Source: Welwitschia mirabilis
Lineage: Eukaryota
Length of the DNA: 36,052 nucleotides
NCBI GenBank assembly: GCA_051453625.1
Contig: JBOZIK010000001.1
Location: 4,696,578-4,732,629 of the forward strand
Reading direction: 5' to 3'
The position numbers and the translations under genes are program-made. Numbering within the stretch: position 1 is the first letter of the stretch; the number at the start of each line of letters is the position of its first letter. Below are positions 1 to 10,983 of this stretch, in pieces. A model generated the notes under the pieces. That model did no database searches. It saw only the letters and a list, made by a program, of their open reading frames with translations, and was not told the DNA's origin.

Positions 1-407
1 CATAAAAGTGATGTGGAGCTCGGTACACCGTCCTTAGGCTGATTGTAGGGCAGTCGACCAAATTTATGATTCGGTCAGTCGGATGTGGTCGGTCGACTGG
101 TCTAAAAGCCTAGTCACCCGGACCCCTTCCAGTACTATAAACCCGCGTCTCGACGGGTCGACTGGATGTTCGAGCGGTCGACTAGACCTGACAGATTATA
201 GTGCAGAAGTACAATCGGTGGACCTGATTTCTTTGTAAAATCTGCCCTCTTTTCTTCAATCTATAAAAGAACTAGAATCGTGACTTATTTCCATCTCAAT
301 CTAGTGCCTCCAAGCCTTCAGATCTAGTGAGTTTCTTCAAGTTCAAGAAATATTTGCAACCAGATCCAGTGATTTTCTCTATTTTTCTTCTCTTCAAAGG
401 TCTTAGA

Positions 408-1450
408 ATGACAGCCAGCTCTTCCAGGAGAGGCCCAAAGGAAGGTGCTTCAAGGGAACCTTCCTACTTCTTCCAAGAAATGTCTGAAGAAGCCTTGGAT
501 AAGTTCTATAAGAAGTTTGAAAAGAAACCTGTGTGCCAGGAGCGGTCTATAGTTTCATCTGAGCTTAGGGAGCTAAGAGATGTCATTCAGGTCTTGAGAG
601 ATCAAGATCTGGATCATTTCTTGGATGTTTCAGGTTTTGCATATCCTTTTCTTACTAGAATGTTTTATAGCAATGCTTCTTTTAATCGAGATGTCAGGAT
701 TCTAGAAACGCTAGTTTTGGGCAGAAGGATAAGAGTGACAACAGACCTCATTTCTAAGCTGACCAATCTTTCACAGGGATACTATGAGGAATTTTGGCCT
801 CTAAAAGACACAATGGAAGACAAGCCAGCAGTCACCAGGGAGATTTTACGGTAAAATGCATTCTTCAAAGCACACTATTTCTACTTCTTTGTTGACTCCA
901 TATCATTTTATCCATTTGATTTTTTCTTATAATTTTCTTCTTTTAGCTGGCTATCATGATGAGGCCTTCAGCTACAGGGCATATTTGATGTATTTGATAG
1001 GAACTGAGCATTCTATTGATACTCCTGTCATAATATTGAAAAATATGGCTTCACAGTTGGAGTACCATAAAACTGGGGCTCTACCCTACTTTGTGCTTAT
1101 CAATAAAATTTGTCACCATTTCTGTGTTAATCTGCATCCTTCTTTGGAGACTCTTGAGCCCCTGTCACTCATGGGGTGTGTGACTTTATCTCGCATGCAT
1201 ATCTTTGCTCCTTTGAAGAAATCCCCTTCTGAAACCCCAAAGGCAACATCTCTAGATGAGACTCTTTTATATTTGAAATGGATTGATTTCGCACCAGGCA
1301 TATGAAAGAAGCACTCATAGTAGCTGGATATAACATTGCGGATACCTCAGCTAAAGGTACCAGCTCTGCTCATACTGGTGGAGATGAAGAAGATTCAGAG
1401 GAGAAATTAGAAGAAGAAGAAGAGGAGGAGGAGGAACCAGATTAAATACT
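408..1450 (+). pseudogene. Disrupted env-like / plant-transposon-protein 3' ORF of the Sirevirus
   Basis: ORF pieces 327-854 and 856-1305 contain FLDVSGFAYPFLTRMFYSN...VLGRRIRVTTDLISKL and LTPYHFIHLIFSYN...ALPYFVLINKIC, motifs typical of this family. The ORF is broken at ~854, has an acidic tail near 1400-1440, and the likely ATG is at 408. Confidence 0.7.
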
Positions 1451-2224
1451 TCTTGTTTTTCAAATCTTTGTTGTATCTTTCTTTCTTTTGCTATTGTTGT
1501 CAGAAAGAGAGATTTATGCCTTTTTGTGGAATTTTTCATATGTATGCTCTTGATAAGCATTTCTTTCTTTCTTGTCCAGTATGAAACTCTGTAATAGTTT
1601 GTTTTTGTTAATAAAATTCAGTCTTATGTTTGAGCTAAATTCTTAGATTATTTTGGTATTTTTTATGTGTGTAATATTTTTGGAATAAAATTAAAATATC
1701 ATCTCAAGCAAAAATGAGTTAATTTTTTTTTTTTGGATTATATGTTGCATTATCATTTGGTATTGTAGTTTACTCTCAAATTATATCATTTAAATATGTA
1801 ATTCATAAGTGTTGTTTTGATCATTAATTTTGGTAGAATATTGTGCATATTCAAAACTTGTCTCATTTAAAAGCACAACTTCTCTGCTCAAAATGCCTAA
1901 ATATGTTTCAAATCTTAGCTTATCATTATTTATCATTTGGTATAAACATAGAAGAGAGAATATGATTGTTATTTTCTTTACCATTGATGTCAAAGGGGGA
2001 GAAATAATGGTAGTATGCTTTCAAAAGTTTTTGGTTAAGATATTGAAATATTGAGTTTTAAAATATTTATGTATTTTACTCCTTGCTTAAAATATCTGCC
2101 TTGATGTAAGGGGAAGTTTTGATTCTTACATGTATGTCGAAAAAGTATTTTGTGAATGAGCTTAAATTGTTTCAGATTTTTTCAAATCACTTAATTGTTT
2201 GCCATCAATGTCAAAAAGGGAGAT

Positions 2225-3505
2225 TTTTAGATTATATTTGCCAATGCAAATTTGTTAGATATTGTGTGCAGATGAGTTTGAGTTATGCAAGTAAAAGATG
2301 TGAGCCAAATGCTTAAAAGGAACTGCTAAGTTGTTTACTTCTAGTGGGGATCAACCAGATCCTAGAAGGGTCGACCGCACCTAAAGCACACACCACAGAG
2401 ATGAACTAAACATAGAGGAGTCCACCAGATCCTAGAGGGGTTGACCGGACCTATGATATTAAGAACCAATAGTCCCAGACCGAGAGGAATACAGTCGATC
2501 AGATATTCATGGGGCCAATCGGATTTGAGGAGCCGACAGTCAAGTCCCAAACTGAAAGAAAAGGAGTCGACCAAACCTAGGATGGGGTCAACTGAACCTA
2601 AGAAGCTATCAAGTCCATAGTTCCAGACTGACAGATAAGGGGTCGACCAGACCTAGGATGGAGTCAACTGAGTTCCTATGGGGTCAAACGGGTGGTACAA
2701 AAAAATAAATCATGTAGACATTATGTATCCATTACCTAGCCGTTTTCTATCCGTTTATAGCCATTGGAGAAGCAATTCAAATGTATCAAACCCTAGTAAT
2801 CCTCCATTATAAATACCTAGGTAAGAGATGACCTAGAGATCTTTTTAGCACATTTTCAAATTAGTATATTTAGTGTGAATCTGAAAGATCAATTAGCACA
2901 TTACATTGGAATATCTATTATACTGCTTCATATCTGATTAAGGAGATCTATTCTTAGATTAGGACATCACTCAGAATCAGATCTAAGGATCTCATCACTG
3001 TATTTATTTGGAGAAGAGCTCCATTCTATGTACTGATACTGAACAAGTAATATTAGTGCTATGAAGGCTTCATTGCATTACTTCTATTCATTGTCAAAGG
3101 TTGAGACTTAGCCTACAAAATTCTATTGCCAAAGGTTGAGACTTAGCCTAGAAGTCCATTGTAAAGGTTGAGACTTAGCCTGTAAAAGTCCACTTGTAAG
3201 GGTTAACAGGTGAGCCTGGCAAAACCTATGAAGTAATAGAGATCCAAGATCAAGCTTGGGAGAAGCTGATCATTGAGAGTGGAGTATGGAAGTTCTCGAA
3301 CCACTATAGGTCCTGCGTGCATCTAAACTGGTAGTTTCTATTTTATGGTTTACATTTTGTTTCTATTTATTCTTTGTATACATGATTGTGATTTCATTAT
3401 TCATTTATATGCATTCTATGATTAGAATTTGTTAAGTTGTTTTGAACTTGAAGTTTTTGTAAAAGAACCTATTCGTCCCCCCCTCTAGGATTCTCGATCC
3501 TATCA
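2225..3505 (+). repeat. Sirevirus 3' LTR (~1.28 kb)
   Basis: Starts right after the PPT (TTTTAG, probably from TGTTAG) and ends TATCA at 3505. TATA-like TATAAATA at ~2808. Palindromic repeats at 2345-2695 and tandem repeats at 3096-3181. Confidence 0.8.
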
Positions 3506-3782
3506 GGTAGAACATCTTTTCAGAATTTTTGATAATTTTTATTGATTTTAGGGGTTATTATTGCACATCCATACGACGTTTTCGACTTGTTTATCTGTTT
3601 TCACATGATGATTTAGTGTTTGCGATTGAGTAGGCCATGTACACATAGAGCTAGATAGGCAGAGGCTTCAGCTGAGTTTATAGGGCAGGCAACAAGCCCT
3701 TTGGTTGAGTCTGAGATGATCCTTGAGTATATAGACTGCTAGCATTTGTGTCGAGAGACATTTTGGAGATTTTATGAGCCGT

Positions 3783-4900
3783 ATGGAGCCAGAGGTTGAT
3801 CAGATATTGATAGAGTTATGGCTTAGATGGATCACAGATGCCAATGGTGCATTTCATGATTCTGAGATAAGAGAGTTTTATGACACCATGCATATAGAGA
3901 TATGACCAGACACTCGTGGTCAACTACAGGAAGTGATTATTGCATACATTAGAGACCATGAGATAAGTATCCTCCCATCTTATATTGTAGTCATAACAGA
4001 TCTTGGAGGACTTAGGAGCTTGCATATTCATTTAGCTGGTGGAATAGAGAAGCATCGAGATTATGACACCATTTTAGACATTCCAGCTGAAATGACTACT
4101 GATCAATAGGGGGTAAATGTTAACTAGCTAACCCCCACATATAGCGTTTTGCATAGAGGACTGATTCATAACACCAGTCCATCATACCATGATAGTCACA
4201 CTATGGTTGCACATTTACAGATTATGGTAGCTTTCCGTCAGAGGGAGCAGATGAATTTATCGACTTTCATTTGGAGAAGACTCAAGTCTATGATTGAGGC
4301 ATGACATATATAGATACTTGGTTATCCATACCTCCTCTCAACCTTATTTAGACGATTTGGGATACCTGAGCTTATAGGTGAGTGATGTATCTCACATATT
4401 CAGACTTCTTCTCGTTATTTACAAGATATGGATATATAGATACCAAGAGAGGCAAAGAGACCTCAGGTTTAGAGACATGCAGTTAGAGCTTCTTTAAAGC
4501 AGATCCAGGCTCTTCTAGATGAGACTACTAAAACCCTCGGAGGATTCATTGATCAGAGGTTACAGACATTCGAGCAGAGAATCAAGGAATGGATCATATC
4601 TTCCAAGTAGAGAATCGAGCAGCGGATCATATCCTTCAAGCAGAGAGTTAAGCAGCCGATCCGATCTATTAAGAGGATCAAATGGTGAACGTACGTCAGC
4701 GCGTTATCTCCATTCAGCAGCATGTGACTGTAAACCTTCTAGAGTTAGTATGTATCTAGGGTGATGAGGTAGTCAGGTCTATTATAGCATCTCTTGATGC
4801 CCATCTCCCCACAGATGTTGATCATTCTCCTTCTTCTCCCCCCTGCTCCTGAGCCAGTTAGTGAACCAGAGTTCATCACGCATAGACAAGGGAAGTGATT
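3783..4900 (+). pseudogene. Degenerate env-like / plant-transposon-protein ORF (not in the ORF track)
   Basis: Manual translation gives LRWITDANGAFHDSEIREFYDTMHIEI*...IAYIRDHEISILPSYI...LTPTYSVLHRGLIHNTSPSYHD...LGYPYLLSTLFRRFGI, with several stops. A repetitive coiled-coil-like stretch lies at 4560-4680. Confidence 0.7.
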
Positions 4901-5397
4901 TTACATTATATTTTGTATCTCCTCTTCTAAACTTTTTATACTAAAAAATCTCGTTATTATATAGACTTATTTTTCTTTTTAGCATGGTATACTACTTCTA
5001 TGTATTTTTACATGATTATCTTTCGATTTTTATGATGAGAATTGCATTTTACTTTAGGCAAATGCTTACAATTGACTGTTTATTGTAGTGGAGGGCTATT
5101 TATTAATTATCTATGAAAATCAATTTTTGTTGTAGGATTCAATTTTGAAGATTCTTTGAAAATCCTGTCATCCCCTTTATCGACTGGACGACATTTATTG
5201 GACAATACCTCTTTGATACTTTAAAGGTGTTTTTATTCAATGTTTTTTTCAATTCAGTCTATCTCTGAAATATTTTTCAAATATTATTGAGATGATTTCT
5301 TTAGATATCCTAGTTATTTTTATTGACTAATAAGTTGGCTCACAAATGAGGTTTACTGCCTCATTTTGTTAAAGACTGATAAGGCTATGTAGGGGGC

Positions 5398-6509
5398 TAT
5401 GGCAAACTTACATGTATTTAATAGGATATTCTAAGTTGTTTTGCAGGTAAATTAGTAGATAGATGCTTGGTTTTCATGATAATGGAGAACCAGGATAAAA
5501 AGGATGAAAATATGTAATTTCCTAGATAAATTACAAGCATTCTCTACATATATGAATAAACAGTATTTTGGATGATAATTTCCTGTAAACAACAAGGGTG
5601 CTGGACTAATTAAAGATCCATTGAAGACCATCGTCCTTCTCATCATCCGGACGTCACTGCGGACGACCAGCGAACAGGATTATGACATGTCTGACGGGCA
5701 GTCAGATTGGCAGTAAATGAAGATTTAACTGTGAGTTGGCAGTGTCTCTTCTATCGTCCAAATGACTGTACAGATGACAATAATTATAGCATCTGCACTG
5801 AATGTTCACCTAAACTTTCACCACTTATTCTGATTTCTCTCTGCATGGTGATCAAGTTTTTTCTTATGTCTTTCTGTCAGTTTTATTTCAATAGTTTGAG
5901 TCAATAAATAGAGGTCTCCCCCTCAACTCCTATCATTTTCGATGCACCAGAGATTCTCGTAATAGGAGAGCAAAGGGCGAGAGATCTATCCTTGTGAGTT
6001 ACAGAAAGACGAGCACTTGGTAAAGGACTGAGTATCTTCTATTGAGAACCAATTGTTTTGTAACTCGGATGATTATTACTTTTAATATAAAATCTTGGTT
6101 TTCTACTTATGTTTATATTTGTTTGCATTGTAGATTTCTTATGTCTCTTATAGTCTAATGTTGCCTTAGATCTAGTGACAATTTCTAAGATGATATAGAT
6201 TATCAAGGGTAGCTCTTATTAGGGCTGAAGCGCAAGAGTAGGGTTGGGATTTATTCACATTGCATGTTAGTCTAGAATGCATATTGCACTTTGCATGATA
6301 GTTTAATTTCTTGCTTTGTTATTCATTATTTTTGATTACCAAGATTATTTGCAAAAGCAACCTAAGTTTTTTTACGGATAGGCTTTAACGAGATACAACA
6401 TTTGGGTCACTTCCATTATTCTAGTGTGTTGTATTATGCATAGTATCTATTTTGATTACTAATGATAAAATCTGTTTGAATGTTAAAGCATGCATAAATA
6501 CACACCGCA
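5398..6509 (+). repeat. 3' LTR (~1.11 kb) of the 3506-6509 element
   Basis: The left end TATGG is the expected methyl-C decay product of TGCGG, the inverse of the right end CCGCA (6505-6509). It follows the PPT directly. Confidence 0.7.
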
Positions 6510-9433
6510 ATACCTAGCTTCCTGCACATATCCTTTAATGAATAATTTGACCTTATGTTTATTAATGGTATTATCAGGGTTATATTTTATCCTATAGATC
6601 CATTTGTTTCCTATGGCACATTTTCCAGAAGGTAGTTTCACAAGTATCCATGTATTTTTTTCCTCAATCTGTCTAATTTCTTAATTAATTGCTTCAATCC
6701 AATGATCAAAGAGGGTAGCATTCTTATATTTTATTTGATCAATTATACCATTTAATGTAATTAGGCCCATAGTCTCCATGCTTTCATCTAAAAGTCCATT
6801 AACTTTTAACTATGATTTTTCCAAATCTTGCAAATTAATACCTAGATTTTACCCCTTCATTTAGTGGTTCTAGAATATTTTATTAATTGTCTATTTTGGT
6901 TATCCTTGATCCTTTTTTGGTTGGTGATGTTTGTTGTGTGCCCTCAACCATTTCTTCATTATAAGATTCATCTTTAGAACTACTATCATCATTTTGTTGT
7001 GAAGTATCAAAGTTGTTTTCTAAAAATTTTACATCACAGCTCTTAAGAAATTTATTATTACTTAATCGAAGACACCTATAAGCCTTACTAATAGATGAAT
7101 AACTAATAAAAATACATTTATTAGACTTGGCATTCAATTTATCATTTTGAGGTTTGACATTTTTCACATAACAATTTGATCCAAATATCCTAAGATGAGA
7201 AATATTGAGTTTAATTACAAACCATTTTTCATATGGGTTTGAATTTTTGTGATATTCCTATTTTGCAGGTAATTGGATGTATTTAATACTTCTGCTCAAA
7301 CTTATATTCAAGATTTGCTTCAATCAACATTACTCTTATTATATCTAGTAATGAAAGATTTTTACATATCTAGTAATGAACGATTTTTATGTTCTGCCAT
7401 TCCATTTTATTGTGGTGTATATGCAGTTGTCTATTGACGAACTCTGCCATTTTGAGCTAAATATTGGGCAAATTCATTTGAGAGAAATTCCCTTCCCTTA
7501 TCAATGCTTAAAACTTTAATCCTTTCACCTGTTTGTTTTTTGAGCCATGCTAGATAAAGCTTAAAATAGTAAAATGCTTGTGATTTAAGATTAAGAAAAT
7601 ATATTACACACAATCAAGAGAAATCATCTATAAATGTAATAAAATATCGACTTCCATTTAGACTTTGTGTGTGCATTAGGCCACAAATGTCTACATGTAC
7701 TAATAAAAGCTTTTGAGTTTTCTTGTGCCCTATTAGTGGAAAAGAAATTCTAGCTTGTTTTCCTTTTAAACAACTTTTACAACACTTAGTTTTCTCAATT
7801 TTTATAGTGGGTAATCCTCTTACTACTTCCCTTTTTATCATTGTTTCCATGTATGTTAATGATGGATCACCTAATCTTTTTTGCCAAATCTGAAATGCAC
7901 CAATATGACTAGACAAGGCAGATTCAAAGTTGATCTTGTAAGTATTATTGCTTGTGTGATCTATTAAAAGAGAACATTTATCCTTTGATACAATGCATTT
8001 TCTATTTTTAAATTTTACCTTAAACCCTTTCCTCTTAAGTTGCCCAAGACTTACCAAGTTATGCTTCAATCCTAGTACATAGAAGACATCCTCTATTGTG
8101 ATTTTTCTCTCCTTTCCATCTTTAATCATGATAGTGCCTCTTTTTTTTATTTATTTGTAGATCCTTTCCTTCCCTAATACTTACTAACCCTCCTTCAAAT
8201 GTGTGAAGTGTTTGAAACAATTTCCTTTAAGAAGTCATGTGATGTAAGTAACCACTATCGAAATACCAAGTCTTGCAATTTGAGGCTATTAATGCAATAA
8301 TTTCTACCTCAGTTTTATCCTTCTCTATGATTGTTACAAATCCTGAAAAGGTTTGTTCTTGTTGAGTTATTTTACTTTTTTTGCCTCCATCTGTACTTAT
8401 TATTTGTATTTGTTGCCATGAAACCCCTAGTTGTGTTCGTAAATGTCTTAATTGTGTTCTACAAATTCTCCATGGATGACCTTGTTTTTGAAAATTACAA
8501 ATTATATTTTTATTGATCCTCCTTCCAAATTGTTGGTTTCTCCATGTTTGCCTATTATCTTGATTTTGTTGCCTTGTAAATTGAGCCTCCCCACCTCTCA
8601 TTGATGGTTACCATATGTTGTGATTATTTCTGTCCTTTAAATTTTGTTGCTGTCATGCCAATTAATTGTAGATGATTGCTGCCCCCTACCTTGAGTTGAT
8701 TGATTCCTTGTAAAACTTGATTGTCCTCTATCCCTTCCTATAAAATTCTTACCTCTTCCATTGCCTCCAAAAGCTTTGTTTACATTCTCAAATCTTGATG
8801 TTTTCTCCTCCACCATAAGTGTCGTTGGTCCACTTGTTTCCCTCTCCTTTAATCTTAGTTCAAATTGCACAAGCTTGCTCGTTAATTCATCTATGGTCAA
8901 GGCTTTTAAATCCAAATATTTTCTATTGTAATTGCAATTTGATCATATATTTTAGTTAATGTTCTTAAAATTTTTGCAATCTTATCTTTTTCTTCAACAA
9001 TCTACCCCTATCCTTCAATGGCTTTAGTAATGTCCTGTATCCTTTGAATGTATTCTTCTACTTTTTCTTCCTCCTCCATTTGATATTTTCGAATTGTGTC
9101 CTCAGGTATTGTAATTTGACTTCCCTCACCTTGTCATGTCCTTTATATACAATGTCCAATCCTACTCAAAGTTTTGTTGCACTTGTGTAGTGTTGTACCT
9201 TTTTTAAGTTCAAGATCTGGCATGCTAATGAAGATGGCTATTATGACTTTATTATCATCTAGTTCAGCTTTTTCATAATTTTTGTGTTCCTTATCATTGG
9301 ATGGTGGCGGAAGGTTCTCAAAATCATTTTGTGTTCTACCCCATAACCTTTGTGATTTTAGGTATCTCTCCATTCTAATTTTCCACATTTCAAAGCTATC
9401 AATTTCAAAGTTTGGTGTCATGCCCTTACCCAT
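6510..9433 (-). pseudogene. Degenerate Ty1/Copia gag-pol (gag, protease, integrase, start of RT)
   Basis: Gag FEMWKIRMERYLKSQRLW and DLKALTIDELTSKL; decayed Zn knuckle; protease WYFDSGYLHHMT; integrase LVHVDICGLMHTQSLNGSRYFITFIDDFS; RT TWILVKLPSGKCAIGNKWIYRIKYNPDNTINKHK...KGYVQEA, cut at ~6510. Many stops and frameshifts. Confidence 0.92.
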
Positions 9434-9563
9434 TTTTATTGTAATATATATAGATTATAGATCCAATAATCACACACCATTTTGGTCTACGTTTTCTAAT
9501 CTATGTGTAGATAAGAAATCTGATTTCAGTTGTGTAGATAAGAAATCTGATTTCAGTTCTTAC

Positions 9564-9576
9564 GGCCCTGATACCA
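9564..9576 (-). promoter_or_regulatory. Primer-binding site, tRNA-iMet type
   Basis: The minus strand reads TGGTATCAGGGCC (canonical TGGTATCAGAGC, one mismatch), 2 nt after an LTR end ...CCTTCA. Confidence 0.85.
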
Positions 9577-9812
9577 ATTGAAGGTTTAAAGAAACCTAAA
9601 AAGTGCAGATCAGACCCAACCCACAAGGCCCTTTGATAATAAAATAGATGTAAGCAAATTTCAACCAATAATTAAAAAAATGCAAATTAGAAAATGAAAG
9701 ACTTAATACTGTGAATTAACTGTGTGTTCAAAGTATAGATAAAGATTGCTTCTGGTGACTGGATTTCTGGGCAACAGCAGTGTCGGAACAATTTGTAATT
9801 CATTGGCAATCA

Positions 9813-10983
9813 ACAGTCTTTGTTGCTGAATAATTCTTCTTACTTCTACACTCACTTCCACTCTCTTTTTCCTCATAATCATGGACTTGATACTTGAAAA
9901 GATATCCTTAGAAGAGGTGGAGATCCTCTATTTCTGGATTCGGACACTTATTACAAACAAGTCACAGATTCTTGATTCTTTTTTTAGAACTACTGGTTTT
10001 CAGCATTCCAAAGTTCAGATCCTCAAGAACGGAAAAAATACCAAAGTAGCAAACAAAGATTCAAGTCAAAATGGCACGGCGTTTCCTTGGCCTGGAACTT
10101 CGCTTCCAATGCGTCTGAGTTCTCCAAATCTTAGCGCTATGTTTAAGAGAGTTGGTTGTCCTGGATCTCTTATGGACTGAAGTTTCCATGCCTTGCATCA
10201 CGAACCCAGGAAATACCTATGAAAACGCAGGGTGATCTTCTCTTTGAATGTTACTTCATCCAAATAATATAACCTTGAACTCCCATCGCTTCTAAATAAG
10301 CCCTGTCCGTCTGTTGTCAATCCCCAACTGTCCTTCACTGGATGATGAAACGTTCAGACTTGGCTAAGATTGGAGCGCTCATAGACGTAAGCAGAATTTG
10401 TCTTCCAAGTCAACTGAAAAAACCTTTGATGCAAGAGAGACCGACGATCTTCGNNNNNNNNNNNNNNNNNNNNNNNNNNNNNNNNNNNNNNNNNNNNNNN
10501 NNNNNNNNNNNNNNNNNNNNNNNNNNNNNNNNNNNNNNNNNNNNNNNNNNNNNTTTGTTGAGTCAGTCTTCATTGCTGAATAATTCTCCTTAGTTCTACA
10601 CTCACTTCACACACTTTTTCTTCATAATCATGGACTTGTGTCTGTAAAGGGATATCTTTAGAAGAGGTTAAGATCCTTTATTTCTGGATTGAGATACCTA
10701 TTACAAACAAGCCACAGATTCTTGATTTTTATTTGAAACTACTAGTTTTCAGCATTCAAAAGTTTAAATTCTCAAAAACGGAAAAAATAGCAAAGTAGCA
10801 AATGAAGGTTCGAGTCAAAATGACATGGCTTCCCTTATCCTGGAACTTCGCTTCCAATGCGTCTGAGTTCTCCAATTCTTAGTGCTATGTTTAGGAGAGT
10901 TGATTGTCCCGGATCTCTTATGGACTGGAGTTTCCATGCCTTGATCATGAACCAAGGGAATACCAATGGAGACGCAGGATGAT
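9813..10983. repeat. Diverged ~420-bp direct duplication (about 9813-10240 and 10564-10988) flanking the QC fragment and a 100-N gap
   Basis: The two copies align colinearly, e.g. CCTGGAACTTCGCTTCCAATGCGTCTGAGTTCTCCAA in both, with many substitutions and a few indels. Confidence 0.9.
10242..10440 (-). pseudogene. QCT: Fragment of a plant-type glutaminyl-peptide cyclotransferase (glutaminyl cyclase) coding sequence
   Basis: Manual translation: LLHQRFFQLTWKTNSAYVYERSNLSQV*TFHHPVKDSWGLTTDGQGLFRSDGSSRLYYLDEVTFK. This matches the plant/bacterial QC signature (Q.TW...DGWGL.TDG..L.GSDG(S/T)S.LY..D). One stop at 10354-10356 and two G>A changes in conserved Gly codons. Confidence 0.88.

Larger units (their letters stand above)
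1..3505 (+). mobile_element. 3' part of a Sirevirus (SIRE/Maximus, Ty1/Copia) LTR retrotransposon: extra 3' ORF, multiple PPTs and 3' LTR
   Basis: Three PPT-like tracts at ~1992, ~2108 and ~2213 (AAAAAGGGAGA), then a long LTR ending CCTATTCGTCCCCCCTCTAGG...CTATCA, the typical Sirevirus LTR end. GTCGAC palindromic motifs occur upstream of the ORF and in the LTR. The pol region is outside the window. Confidence 0.8.
3506..6509 (+). mobile_element. 3' part of an LTR retrotransposon with an extra 3' ORF, probably non-chromovirus Gypsy (Tat/Athila-like)
   Basis: Degenerate ORF at ~3600-4900, PPT AGGGGGC at 5391-5397, and LTR at 5398-6509. Copia RT sequence resumes at 6510. The lineage is inferred from the PPT only, because no pol sequence is present. 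Confidence 0.65.

Noticed and set aside
3090-3230. CRISPR-like repeat-spacer pattern
   Set aside because: Only three 19-bp repeats with 13-16 bp linkers that resemble each other. It lies inside a plant LTR, and there are no cas genes.
6560-6576. TATCA at 6576 as the LTR end of the second element
   Set aside because: Copia RT translation continues through it to ~6510. CCGCA at 6509 fits better.
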